This document shows positions 18,268-27,567 of a stretch of DNA of 41,207 nt, in pieces. This DNA comes from Spirochaetota bacterium (GTDB lineage Bacteria; Spirochaetota; UBA4802; UBA5550). Where the stretch lies: NCBI GenBank assembly GCA_050298055.1, contig JBNKTL010000047.1, positions 1 to 41,207 on the forward strand. Direction: 5' to 3'. Position numbers and translations under genes: made by a program. Numbering within the stretch: the first letter of the stretch is position 1; each line of letters begins with the position of its first letter. A model generated the notes under the pieces. That model did not search any database. It saw only the letters and a program-made list of their open reading frames with translations, and was not told where the DNA came from.

Positions 18268-20274
18268 ATGACTGATATGAGAAGAAAAATTACGGAGATT
18301 TCTGTTTTAATCGGGGATATTACCGAGACTGCCAGGGGTGTAAATTCCGGTTCACATGAGAGGAAAAAGATTACCGCTGAGGGCCTTCAGCAGATCGATG
18401 ATCTGATTAAAAGGAACAGGGACCTCATCCAGAATTTTGACAAGATATTCCAGAACCTCAAGGAGTCTGACAGCGGGATTGAAAACAACTCAAGGGAGTT
18501 TACGTCCAATATCGAGTATTTTATCAAAGTCATAGAATCCATCAACGAGATAAAAAATATCCTTAACAGCATCGGTACTCAGATTGACGGGCTGACAGCC
18601 CTGGTCAGGGAGATCAGGGACGATACGGACGAAATCTTTACCCTTGCTCTCAACGCATCCATTGTTTCGAGCAAATATTCACACACATCGGGTGTATTTG
18701 ATATACTTGCCAACAAGCTTGACGAAATGTCAAACTATATAAACCAGAATCTTGATAATATTGTACAGGTGGTAAAACCCATTACTGACGGCATCAGCCA
18801 GCTGGTGGAAGAGAACTCGGTTACTCTCAGGCAGATTGAAGGAAGCCACACGGATTTGATGTCCTTTCCGGATACACTTGGCAGTCAGAAAGAGTCCATA
18901 AGCAAGCTGCATGAGAGGGCCAGAGAAACAGATGAAATGATAAAGATGCAGAAGAAAATGCTGGAGGAGATAACCGAAAAGTTTAAGCTCATGGACAATG
19001 ATGCGGAGGGTTCAATTCAGGGATCGGGAAATGTTATGAGGACCGGGGAATCTCTCAGCGGGGAAGTCAATGAAATTCTTTCGGCCCATGACACAGGCGG
19101 CAATTATCACGACAGGCTCAGCTATGTAAAGCAGGAATCAATTACAATATGGAACAATGCGCAGAATGTAAATGAGAAATCCAAAAGCCAGCTTGATTTT
19201 TCCATAAGCAGTCTCGAGTTTTGTGATTCCATTGTTTCAGAATCCGATGAGCTCCGGAACACGGCAAAGACCTTTAACGAACTCTCCATGGAAAACAGCA
19301 GGATGGCGGATACCATTGCTCTCAACCTGGAGAAGCTCATCTCGCAGGTCGGTGTTATTGAGAAACAGATCCGTGATTCCAATGACGCAATCCAGAAATT
19401 CAACCTCGATTATAATGAAATTGACAGTATCATCGAGTTCCTTAAAAACATTCTCAAGTCCATGAAGATCATCGGTATGCTCTCAAGAATTGAATCCTCA
19501 AGGGACCCTGAAGAGTTCCAGGGATTTATGACTATCTCCGAAAACATCAGCGCCCTTCAGGACAAGATCCAGAACAATATCCCCCTTATCGAACAGAATA
19601 TCATGGAGACTCACCAGTTGATTGAAGGGGTAAATACCCAGTTCGAAAATATATCGTCTGACTTCAATGTCATATCCAGGATTTCAAATACTATCATTGT
19701 CAACCTGAAGGAGATATCGAACATCAGCTCAAACTCCGAAAAATTGAGCAGTAAAATTCTTGTTGATTCCGAGACCCTTGAGAACTCCCTGGAGAAACTC
19801 AGGGTGCTTCTGAACACCCTGACGGAAATTGTCAAAGAACCCATTGACGGCTCTGCGGCAAACGTTGAACGGGGAAAGAAGGTAGAGGCCCAGTGCGAGG
19901 AGATCCTTACCGCCCTGCTTGAACATGATGAAACGGGGGAAAGTGAAAAAGAAACAGGTGATGCGGATATGCCGGCGGAAGCCCTTCCCGATGAGTCCGG
20001 TGAAGGAGCAGAGGTTGAAGAGGGAAAAGAAGGTTCGGGAAGCTCTGAAAAAGTGGTTCCCGAAGACATAGAGTTCGAAATAGAGGAAGATGAAGAATAT
20101 CCGGGAAGCTCTGAAAAAAATGTTTCTGAACAGACCGGTAATGAAGTTGAGGAATCTGAAGAATACAACGGGGGACTGCCCCGGGATGATATAAATACAG
20201 AGGGATCTTCCGAAGATCCCGGGATAACCGGTGAATCCGAAGAGACAGAACAGGTTGAAATTGAGCCTCTCTGA
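18268..20274 (+). CDS. Soluble protein with two tandem degenerate MCP-like signalling hairpins and an acidic C-terminal tail
   Basis: No TM segment; heptad coiled coil; tip-like motifs LALNASIVSSK..GVFDILA (res ~126) and IGMLSRIESSR..QGFMTIS (res ~402), 276 aa apart; ~116-aa Glu-rich tail. Confidence 0.8.
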   Translation: MTDMRRKITEISVLIGDITETARGVNSGSHERKKITAEGLQQIDDLIKRNRDLIQNFDKIFQNLKESDSGIENNSREFTSNIEYFIKVIESINEIKNILNSIGTQIDGLTALVREIRDDTDEIFTLALNASIVSSKYSHTSGVFDILANKLDEMSNYINQNLDNIVQVVKPITDGISQLVEENSVTLRQIEGSHTDLMSFPDTLGSQKESISKLHERARETDEMIKMQKKMLEEITEKFKLMDNDAEGSIQGSGNVMRTGESLSGEVNEILSAHDTGGNYHDRLSYVKQESITIWNNAQNVNEKSKSQLDFSISSLEFCDSIVSESDELRNTAKTFNELSMENSRMADTIALNLEKLISQVGVIEKQIRDSNDAIQKFNLDYNEIDSIIEFLKNILKSMKIIGMLSRIESSRDPEEFQGFMTISENISALQDKIQNNIPLIEQNIMETHQLIEGVNTQFENISSDFNVISRISNTIIVNLKEISNISSNSEKLSSKILVDSETLENSLEKLRVLLNTLTEIVKEPIDGSAANVERGKKVEAQCEEILTALLEHDETGESEKETGDADMPAEALPDESGEGAEVEEGKEGSGSSEKVVPEDIEFEIEEDEEYPGSSEKNVSEQTGNEVEESEEYNGGLPRDDINTEGSSEDPGITGESEETEQVEIEPL

Positions 20275-20363
20275 TGGTGTTTTAACCGTTACATAAAAAT
20301 TATAAATTTCCTTTCAGAAGTTATTGACATTATTGGCTTTTTATCAATACTGTTAATTTTAGT

Positions 20364-21311
20364 ATGACAACTCTGAAAAGAAAAGACCTTCTCGATATCA
20401 GTTCCCTCTCAATAGAAGAAATTAATCTCATCTGTGAATCTGCAAAGTACTTCAAGGATGTATTTACCCGGACAATCAAAAAAGTCCCGGTCCTCAGGGG
20501 CAAGACGGTCTGCACTCTCTTTTACGAACCGTCAACAAGGACACGGCTCAGTTTTGATCTTGCGGCAAAGCGTCTTTCCGCTGACCTCATTAATGTTACT
20601 GTCTCAACATCAAGTGTCGTAAAGGGGGAGTCGCTTATCGACACTGTCCACACTCTTGAAGCAATGAAAGCGGACTATATCGTTATAAGACATGGGGCGT
20701 CACTGGCGCCTCATTTTTTGTCTCAGAATATCAAGGCATCTGTGATAAATGCCGGTGACGGCTTTCATTCTCATCCCACCCAGGCACTCCTTGATACCTA
20801 TTCAATCCTCGAAAAGAGGGGAAGCCTCAGGGGACTTACAATCGGTATCATCGGCGACATCAAACACTCCCGTGTTGCCCGGTCCAATATTGAATCCTTC
20901 AAAAAGCTTGGGGCCAGGGTCATTGTCTGCGGCCCCCCCACACTTGTTCCCGATGAGTTCAGCAGCTACGGTGTTGATATTTCTTACAGCATTGATGAGA
21001 TCCTTCCCGAGCTGGATGTGATAAATCTCCTGAGAATGCAGAGAGAGAGGCAAAAAGGCTCAAACTTTCCCTCAATCAGGGAGTACACCAGGCTCTTTTC
21101 CCTTACAATGAAGCGTCTTGAAAAATGCAGGTCCGATGTCATCGTCATGCACCCCGGCCCGGTGAACAGGGGTATAGAGATTGAGAATTCCGTGGCGGAA
21201 ATACCCAACGCGATCATCAATGAACAGGTCACAAACGGCGTTGCCGTACGGATGGCGATTTTTTATCTCCTTGCAGGCGGTGCCCCGCTGGAAGAGGTTG
21301 AAGAGGAGTAG
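20364..21311 (+). CDS. pyrB: Aspartate carbamoyltransferase catalytic subunit
   Basis: FYEPSTRTRLSF, KGESL, HPTQALLD, GDIKHSRVARSN, MHPGPVNRG. Confidence 0.98.
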   Translation: MTTLKRKDLLDISSLSIEEINLICESAKYFKDVFTRTIKKVPVLRGKTVCTLFYEPSTRTRLSFDLAAKRLSADLINVTVSTSSVVKGESLIDTVHTLEAMKADYIVIRHGASLAPHFLSQNIKASVINAGDGFHSHPTQALLDTYSILEKRGSLRGLTIGIIGDIKHSRVARSNIESFKKLGARVIVCGPPTLVPDEFSSYGVDISYSIDEILPELDVINLLRMQRERQKGSNFPSIREYTRLFSLTMKRLEKCRSDVIVMHPGPVNRGIEIENSVAEIPNAIINEQVTNGVAVRMAIFYLLAGGAPLEEVEEE

Positions 21312-21322
21312 AAGAAATACCA

Positions 21323-22603
21323 ATGAAAATTGTTATTAAGAATGGGACAGTGGTTGATCCCGCATCGGGAACAATGGAGAAGCTTGACCTTCTCATCAAT
21401 GACGAAAGAATTGAGGATATATCCGGAAATATCGGGGTTGATGATGACGCAGGGGTGATCGACGCGTCGGGATGCATGGTCCTGCCCGGGCTTATTGACA
21501 TGCACGTGCATTTCCGTGAGCCGGGAAGAGAGGATGTTGAGACAATTATCGGCGGCTGCGAGGTTGCGGCAAAGGGCGGGTTTACTTCCGTGTGTACCAT
21601 GCCCAATACGAACCCGGTAATCGATAACCAGGCCCTTGTGAGGTTCATCATAATGGAGGCGGAAAAGGGCCCCATAAATGTCTATCCTGTTGCCACTATA
21701 TCAAAAGGGTCGCTGGGTGAGGATATCTCCGAGATGGGCGACCTGATCGACAGCGGGGCGGTGGCCTTTTCCGATGACGGTTTGCCGGTAAAAAGTTCAA
21801 TACTCATGCGAAGGGCCCTGGAGTATTCCCGGATGTTCGACGTTCCCATACTTTCCCACGCCGAGGACCTTGAGCTCTCGGACAACGGTCTCATGAACGA
21901 GGGAAATAATTCCATGAAACTCGGTCTCAAAGGGATCCCCCGGGAATCGGAGGAGATCATGATTGCCCGGGACGTTCTTCTCACCCGGCTGGCCAGGGGG
22001 AGACTCCATGTCTGCCACGTATCATCACGGGGATCGGTGGATATTATCCGCAACGCGAAAAATGAGGGTATCCGGGTAACCTGTGAGACCGCTCCCCACT
22101 ACTTTTCACTCACAGACGATGCTATCGCTGAAAAATTTGCCATGGCCAAGATGAATCCCCCCCTGAGGACAGAGGCTGACAGGAGGGCAATCATTGAGGG
22201 CCTGAAAGACGGTGTCATCGATGTTATCGCAACAGACCACGCGCCCCACTCTGAAAATGAGAAGATGCAGGAAATGGAATATGCGCCCTTCGGTATCGTT
22301 GGACTGGAGACAATTGTTCCCCTGATAATTACACTGCTTGTTAAAGAAAATAACTTTTCTTTTTTAGAAGCCTTTGAAAAGGTAACCATTAATCCGGCGA
22401 AGATACTTAAGCTTGATAAAGGAGAATTGAAAAAGGGGAAAATAGCGGATATAACAATAATTGATCCTGAGAAAAAAGTCCTGATTAATGAAGAGTTTAT
22501 GCGCTCAAAGAGCAGGAACTCACCCTTTCTAGGCCGGGAACTTTACGGTTCGGTGGAATATACAATCTGTAACGGAAATATCATCTATTCAGGAAAAGAC
22601 TGA
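21323..22603 (+). CDS. pyrC: Dihydroorotase (type I, metal ligands intact)
   Basis: DMHVHFREPG, MPNT, FSDDG, SHAED, CHVS, KMNPPLR, ATDHAPH, APFG. Confidence 0.97.
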   Translation: MKIVIKNGTVVDPASGTMEKLDLLINDERIEDISGNIGVDDDAGVIDASGCMVLPGLIDMHVHFREPGREDVETIIGGCEVAAKGGFTSVCTMPNTNPVIDNQALVRFIIMEAEKGPINVYPVATISKGSLGEDISEMGDLIDSGAVAFSDDGLPVKSSILMRRALEYSRMFDVPILSHAEDLELSDNGLMNEGNNSMKLGLKGIPRESEEIMIARDVLLTRLARGRLHVCHVSSRGSVDIIRNAKNEGIRVTCETAPHYFSLTDDAIAEKFAMAKMNPPLRTEADRRAIIEGLKDGVIDVIATDHAPHSENEKMQEMEYAPFGIVGLETIVPLIITLLVKENNFSFLEAFEKVTINPAKILKLDKGELKKGKIADITIIDPEKKVLINEEFMRSKSRNSPFLGRELYGSVEYTICNGNIIYSGKD

Positions 22604-22692
22604 TCATTTAATCGGAAGGAATAACCGCCGGGAGTTTTTTATCATCTTATTCAGGTTCTCTCGTCTCCCTTTTTTTCTTGTAACAGTTTATC

Positions 22693-24024
22693 ATGAAACA
22701 GGACCTGCTCAACGGGAATACATCCAGACTTCTCCTGGCGTTGACACTCCCCATGATCTGGGGAATGCTTTCCATTATGACGTTCCGTCTTGCCGATGCC
22801 TACTTTGTCAGTTTCCTGGGTACGGATGAACTCTCCGCCCTCAGTTTTACCTTCCCCGTTGTCATGATTGTGGGGGGGCTGGCCCTGGGGCTGACTGCGG
22901 GGGCGTCATCTGTTGTCTCAAAAGCAGTGGGTGAAGGAGACCTCATCAATGTCAGGCGCCTCTCCACTGATATTTTACTGATCTCTTTTCCCGCTGTTCT
23001 GCTATTTGCGCTTGCGGGCGTTATGACAATAGGACCTGTTTTCCGGTTTCTGGGCGCGCCCCGTGAACTCATGCCGCTGATAAACCAGTATATGACAGTC
23101 TGGTATTACGGAATAATCTTCTACATCCTTTCCATGGTGGGCAACGGTATTATCAGGGCCACGGGGGACACACGGTTTCCCGGAACAATAATGAGCGCTG
23201 CCGCGGTTATGAACATTGTCCTGGACCCGCTTTTCATTTTCGGGTTCTCCTCCCTGCCCGGGATGGGGATCAGGGGAGCGGCAGTTGCCTCCTTTATTGC
23301 CCGGTTCATTTCCTTTTCCGCTACCGGGTATGTACTGATCATCAGGAAGAGGCTCATATCACCGCTTTTCCCTTCATTTGCCGCAATGGCGGAGTCGTGG
23401 AAGAAACTCCTCTACATTTCGGTACCCTCAATGGGGACACATCTTATGAACTCACTCTCCCATGTGGTCATTATTAAACTTCTCTCCGGTTACGGAAAGG
23501 CTGTTGTGGCCGGAGTAGGGGTGGCGGGACGGCTTGAATCATTCGGCCTTATTGTTCCCATGGCAATATCATCTGTTATCGGGCCCTTCACCGGCCAGAA
23601 CTGGGGCGCGGGAAAGATAAAAAGGATAGACAGGGGAATATTTGTGACCTTTACATTCATTATTGGCTGGGGAATTTTTCTTCTTGCTCTTTTCCTGCTG
23701 TTCGGCAGGGACCTTGCCCTCCTCTTTTCTCATGACAGGGAGGTTGTTGAAACCATAGTGCTCTATTTCAGGATAATCTCCGTCAGTTACGGCCTGCAGG
23801 GGATCTTCTATGTGGCGTGTTCCGCGCTTAACGCGTTAAAGAAGCCGATTCATTCAACGGCATTGCATATGATAAGGATAATAGCGATTTATTTGCCCCT
23901 TGCAATTGTCCTCGCGTTCTTTTATAAGGTTGACGGGGTGTTCATCGCCCTTATGATCACAAATTTTGTAAGCGGATTTATCGCTTACCTGATGCTGAAG
24001 AGGGTAGTGAACAGGCTGTATTAA
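22693..24024 (+). CDS. MATE-family efflux transporter
   Basis: About 12 TM segments; ADAYFVSFLG, RATGDTRFP, NIVLDPLFIFG, GIRGAAVA, GQNWGAG. Confidence 0.93.
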   Translation: MKQDLLNGNTSRLLLALTLPMIWGMLSIMTFRLADAYFVSFLGTDELSALSFTFPVVMIVGGLALGLTAGASSVVSKAVGEGDLINVRRLSTDILLISFPAVLLFALAGVMTIGPVFRFLGAPRELMPLINQYMTVWYYGIIFYILSMVGNGIIRATGDTRFPGTIMSAAAVMNIVLDPLFIFGFSSLPGMGIRGAAVASFIARFISFSATGYVLIIRKRLISPLFPSFAAMAESWKKLLYISVPSMGTHLMNSLSHVVIIKLLSGYGKAVVAGVGVAGRLESFGLIVPMAISSVIGPFTGQNWGAGKIKRIDRGIFVTFTFIIGWGIFLLALFLLFGRDLALLFSHDREVVETIVLYFRIISVSYGLQGIFYVACSALNALKKPIHSTALHMIRIIAIYLPLAIVLAFFYKVDGVFIALMITNFVSGFIAYLMLKRVVNRLY

Positions 24025-24114
24025 AGGGAGTTGCCGTTTTTTTTATTGCGTTCATTTTGTATCTCTGTCAAGTTTTGATTTTATCAATAAATGTATCATG
24101 GAGAGAATTTTAAT

Positions 24115-24513
24115 ATGAAAAAAACAGTATTTCTACTCATACTCCTTCTGAGTCTCACTCCCTGTATTTTTGCCAAACGATCAGCTCCAAAAGAAATTAC
24201 ACCAATTGTACACAGGGGTATTAAGTATATTGTACCTCACTGGGGCGCATCTCTAAAGAAAAAACAGAATGGCGGGTTCATTGAAGCTTTTGATATCAAG
24301 AATAAGAAAAGACTCTGGTTATTAAGAGTGTATAAAATTAAATATGATGAAAACCTGGAGAAAGATGTTCAGGATGTTTTCATAACTGAAATGAAAATAA
24401 AAAATAATAAGCTTGTTGTCCGTAATGAGAAAAATGATACATTCATCATTGATTTAAAAACGAAGAAGGTTAAACCGGATAATAAAACGTATTCATTAAA
24501 AAAAGATAACTGA
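24115..24513 (+). CDS. Exported hypothetical protein (beta-propeller-blade-like)
   Basis: GGAG before ATG 24115; signal peptide MKKTVFLLILLLSLTPCIFA; beta-rich body (GGFIEAFD..RLW..LEKDVQDVFIT). Confidence 0.75.
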   Translation: MKKTVFLLILLLSLTPCIFAKRSAPKEITPIVHRGIKYIVPHWGASLKKKQNGGFIEAFDIKNKKRLWLLRVYKIKYDENLEKDVQDVFITEMKIKNNKLVVRNEKNDTFIIDLKTKKVKPDNKTYSLKKDN

Positions 24514-24545
24514 TTTGTTCCCGCCTTGGACGGCGGGAACAAATC
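24512..24545. repeat. Perfect 14-bp hairpin (REP-like / bidirectional terminator)
   Basis: gatttgttcccgcc-ttggac-ggcgggaacaaatc between convergent reading frames. Confidence 0.7.
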
Positions 24546-24562
24546 TATTCAAACATCTTCCC

Positions 24563-24730
24563 TTACACTTTCTTAATCATCAGCTGGATCTTTGTGAGAT
24601 AGTTTTTCGGGTTCTTTTCGAGGATCATATCAGGCCCTTTGAGATAATTTTCCTTGATAGGAGATAATGTTTCCAGCTTCCTATCATCGTACAGCACTAC
24701 ATATGCGATATTGTCGCCTGGTACTGACAA
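24563..24730 (-). pseudogene. C-terminal remnant of a GyrI-like effector domain (BmrR/MerR-type regulator)
   Basis: Manual translation ...KLETLSPIKENYLKGPDMILEKNPKNYLTKIQLMIKKV* resembles the P-x-R-E-x-Y-L-K-G-P-G-M-I...N-P-x-x-Y-x-T-E-I-Q C-terminus; in-frame stop shortly upstream and no N-terminal part. Confidence 0.7.
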
Positions 24731-24942
24731 AATATTCCTTGCATATTTATATGCATTATTGAAATATATTCATAGCAGTTAAGGTAGTGTCGCATACACT
24801 TTGACGTTGATAAGTCGTTATTAAAAATATATTAAGAAATAAAAATAATTAATCCTTCTGAATTTTTGCCTATTAATATAGATGTGTTTGGGTGATGAAT
24901 AATACAAATTATATATCTAGCCTCAATGAGGGACTGAAATAA

Positions 24943-26034
24943 ATGAAAATTAAAATTACATTATTGGCAATTATATACTGTATCTTCACATCAACGATAT
25001 ATGCTGCGCCACTTCATGAAGCTATAATGATTGGAGATATAGATACAGTAAGAAAACTAATAAAATTAAATGCAGATATAAATGATTATTATTACTCAGG
25101 ATTAGAAATGGGGGAAAGAAATCTATACCTTCCATTGCATTTGGCAATATTATATGATAATTTAGAAATGGTAAAATTACTGATTAAAAAGGGAGCTAAA
25201 ATAAATAAAAAGGGAGCATGGGATCAAACGCCATTGTACTATGCCGTTGAAAATAAAAATGAGAGAATGGTTAAATTCCTTTTGAGTAAGGGAGCCGATC
25301 CAAATATCCCAAATTATCAAGGACATACTCCCCTTCATATCGCTGCACAAAATGGACATTATAAAATAACAAAATTATTAATAAAAGGGGGAGCAAAAGT
25401 AAACAGTAAAGTTATAATTAAAAATATGTACTACGAATCTTTCAAAAAATTTAGTACTCCTTTACATTTAGCATCTAATGAAAGAATAGGTAAACTCTTA
25501 ATAGATAATGGAGCAAACATTAATGCGAGAGATTATTATGGTGAAACACCAATTTTCTCAGCCGTGAGAAAGGACTTTAAATTGACAAGATTACTTATTA
25601 ATAGCGGTGCAGATGTTAACATACTAAATAAGAGAAATTTAACTCCATTAAACTTCTCTTGTGGGCACTCCTATATAGGGTTTGAAATTACACTGTTACT
25701 CATTGAAAGTGGTGCTTTTGTTAATAGGAAGGATGCTAAAACACCATTAATTAATGCCGCTTTTCATAACAATATTAAACTATGCCTTTTGTTTATTGAA
25801 AAGGGAGCTGACATTAATGGAAAGTCTAAAAATGGAATGACTCCTCTGCATGTAGCAGTAAAAAATGGGTTTTTTGATTTATCTAAACTTTTAATAAAAA
25901 AAGGTGCCAATGTTAATGTAAAAAATAAGAAAGGTAAAACTCCATTGTTTTTTGCACAAAATAATAAAAATAAAAAATTAACAAAATTACTGATCAATAA
26001 TGGTGCCGATCCCAATGCTTTAAATATGAAATAG
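24943..26034 (+). CDS. Exported ankyrin-repeat protein
   Basis: Signal peptide ending TIYA; about 10 TPLH-type repeats; AT-rich coding sequence. Confidence 0.92.
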   Translation: MKIKITLLAIIYCIFTSTIYAAPLHEAIMIGDIDTVRKLIKLNADINDYYYSGLEMGERNLYLPLHLAILYDNLEMVKLLIKKGAKINKKGAWDQTPLYYAVENKNERMVKFLLSKGADPNIPNYQGHTPLHIAAQNGHYKITKLLIKGGAKVNSKVIIKNMYYESFKKFSTPLHLASNERIGKLLIDNGANINARDYYGETPIFSAVRKDFKLTRLLINSGADVNILNKRNLTPLNFSCGHSYIGFEITLLLIESGAFVNRKDAKTPLINAAFHNNIKLCLLFIEKGADINGKSKNGMTPLHVAVKNGFFDLSKLLIKKGANVNVKNKKGKTPLFFAQNNKNKKLTKLLINNGADPNALNMK

Positions 26035-26114
26035 TCAGAGTGCAGTCTCTAATTCAAAATAAACGGACTAAAAAGTTTATTATTAAAAATATTTTTTTAT
26101 TTCATACATAGATA

Positions 26115-27335
26115 ATGTCAATGAACTTGAAATCCAACAGTAACGGAAAAAAAATTCGATATAATGTTGTAATTAAATTTGCTATTATATTATTTATATC
26201 AATATATTTATCTGGTTGTAGTTCTGGTAATAGCAGAGTATTATTTAATAGTGTGAAAAAGAGAAATATTAAAAGCATTAAAAAGCTGATAGAAAGCGGG
26301 ATTAGCTTAAATGTTAAAGACTCTATTGGTTATACACCTTTGCACTGGTCTGTTTTTAATGATTACTACGATGTAGTAAAACTGCTTATTAAAAATGGGG
26401 CTGGTATAAATTATCTTAATAATTCGGGAGACACTCCTCTTCACCTTGCTTCAAAAATTGGCTATTATAAAATAGCAGAGTTATTGATAGAGAGTAGAGG
26501 AAATGTAAATGCAATAAACCATAAAGGGTATATGCCTCTCCATTCAGCAATTAATAATAGACATCTTGATATAGCAGAATTACTTATTAATAACGGGGCT
26601 GATGTCAATTACAGATTTAAATATGAAAAAAAATCGCATTACTATAATGACACACCACTTCACAGGTCTATAAGGTATGGGTATGCTTCACTCATTAAAC
26701 CGCTCCTTGACAAAGGGGCCAGCCTTAATGCATTAACTGAGTCAGGAAAAAAACCATTTTTAATTGCTTTGTCTGAACAGAATTTTGCAATAATTCGAAC
26801 AATGATTAAACATGGAGCTAATGTAAATGAAAGAGATAGCAAAGGAAGGACCCCATTACATTATATTGCTTCTTCGGATTTATATTATATCATTCAATTA
26901 TTAATTAAAAGTGGGGCAAATGTTAATGCTATAGATTATGAAAGAGATACACCACTTCATGTTGCTGCAAGAAATATAAAGAATAATACAGCGCATATTT
27001 TATTGAAAAACGGTGCAGATGTAAATGCCACAAATAATGTCAGGGAAACCCCGCTTCACAATGCTTCTCATATCCAAATTAGAGAGAATTATTTAATGCC
27101 AAGGATACTCATCAAAAATGGTGCAAATGTAAATGTTAAAGACACTTATGGAAGAACCCCTCTTCATATTGCCGTCTCAACTAACAACATGGATTTAGTA
27201 AGAGTCCTTATTAAAAATGGGGCTGATATTAATGCTCAAACTGCTGATGGTGCAACCCCATTGCAATATGCAGAAGAAGCCGAGATGATTAAATTTCTTA
27301 TTCGAAAAGGAGCGAAAATAAAAATTGCGAAATAA
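26115..27335 (+). CDS. Ankyrin-repeat lipoprotein
   Basis: LSG-C lipobox; about 10-11 TPLH-type repeats; AT-rich. Confidence 0.92.
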   Translation: MSMNLKSNSNGKKIRYNVVIKFAIILFISIYLSGCSSGNSRVLFNSVKKRNIKSIKKLIESGISLNVKDSIGYTPLHWSVFNDYYDVVKLLIKNGAGINYLNNSGDTPLHLASKIGYYKIAELLIESRGNVNAINHKGYMPLHSAINNRHLDIAELLINNGADVNYRFKYEKKSHYYNDTPLHRSIRYGYASLIKPLLDKGASLNALTESGKKPFLIALSEQNFAIIRTMIKHGANVNERDSKGRTPLHYIASSDLYYIIQLLIKSGANVNAIDYERDTPLHVAARNIKNNTAHILLKNGADVNATNNVRETPLHNASHIQIRENYLMPRILIKNGANVNVKDTYGRTPLHIAVSTNNMDLVRVLIKNGADINAQTADGATPLQYAEEAEMIKFLIRKGAKIKIAK

Positions 27336-27567
27336 AATGATATAATTAAGAAAAGAAATGATTTAGCGAAAACCATGGATCTATAGAAACACGTCTATTG
27401 CATTTCACAGTTTAAATCAATCATTCCTATATCTTGGATTTTAAATAGAAACTATTTCAATTAAATTAGATGTCAATAAATAAGCCCTGAATGAGGCTTT
27501 TGAAATAAACACTACAGATAAAATTATAATAAACCTTCATAATTAATCAGAATTAGGTTAATAATAT

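Noticed and set aside
21323..22603. pyrC as an inactive PyrC' scaffold
   Set aside because: The HxH, Asp, His, His and catalytic Asp motifs are all present.
24919..27509. Imperfect direct repeat agcc..aatgagg..tgaaataaa flanking the ankyrin pair (att-like or CRISPR-repeat-like)
   Set aside because: Needs gaps, lies in AT-rich DNA, the first copy is explained as the SD region, and there is no recombinase.
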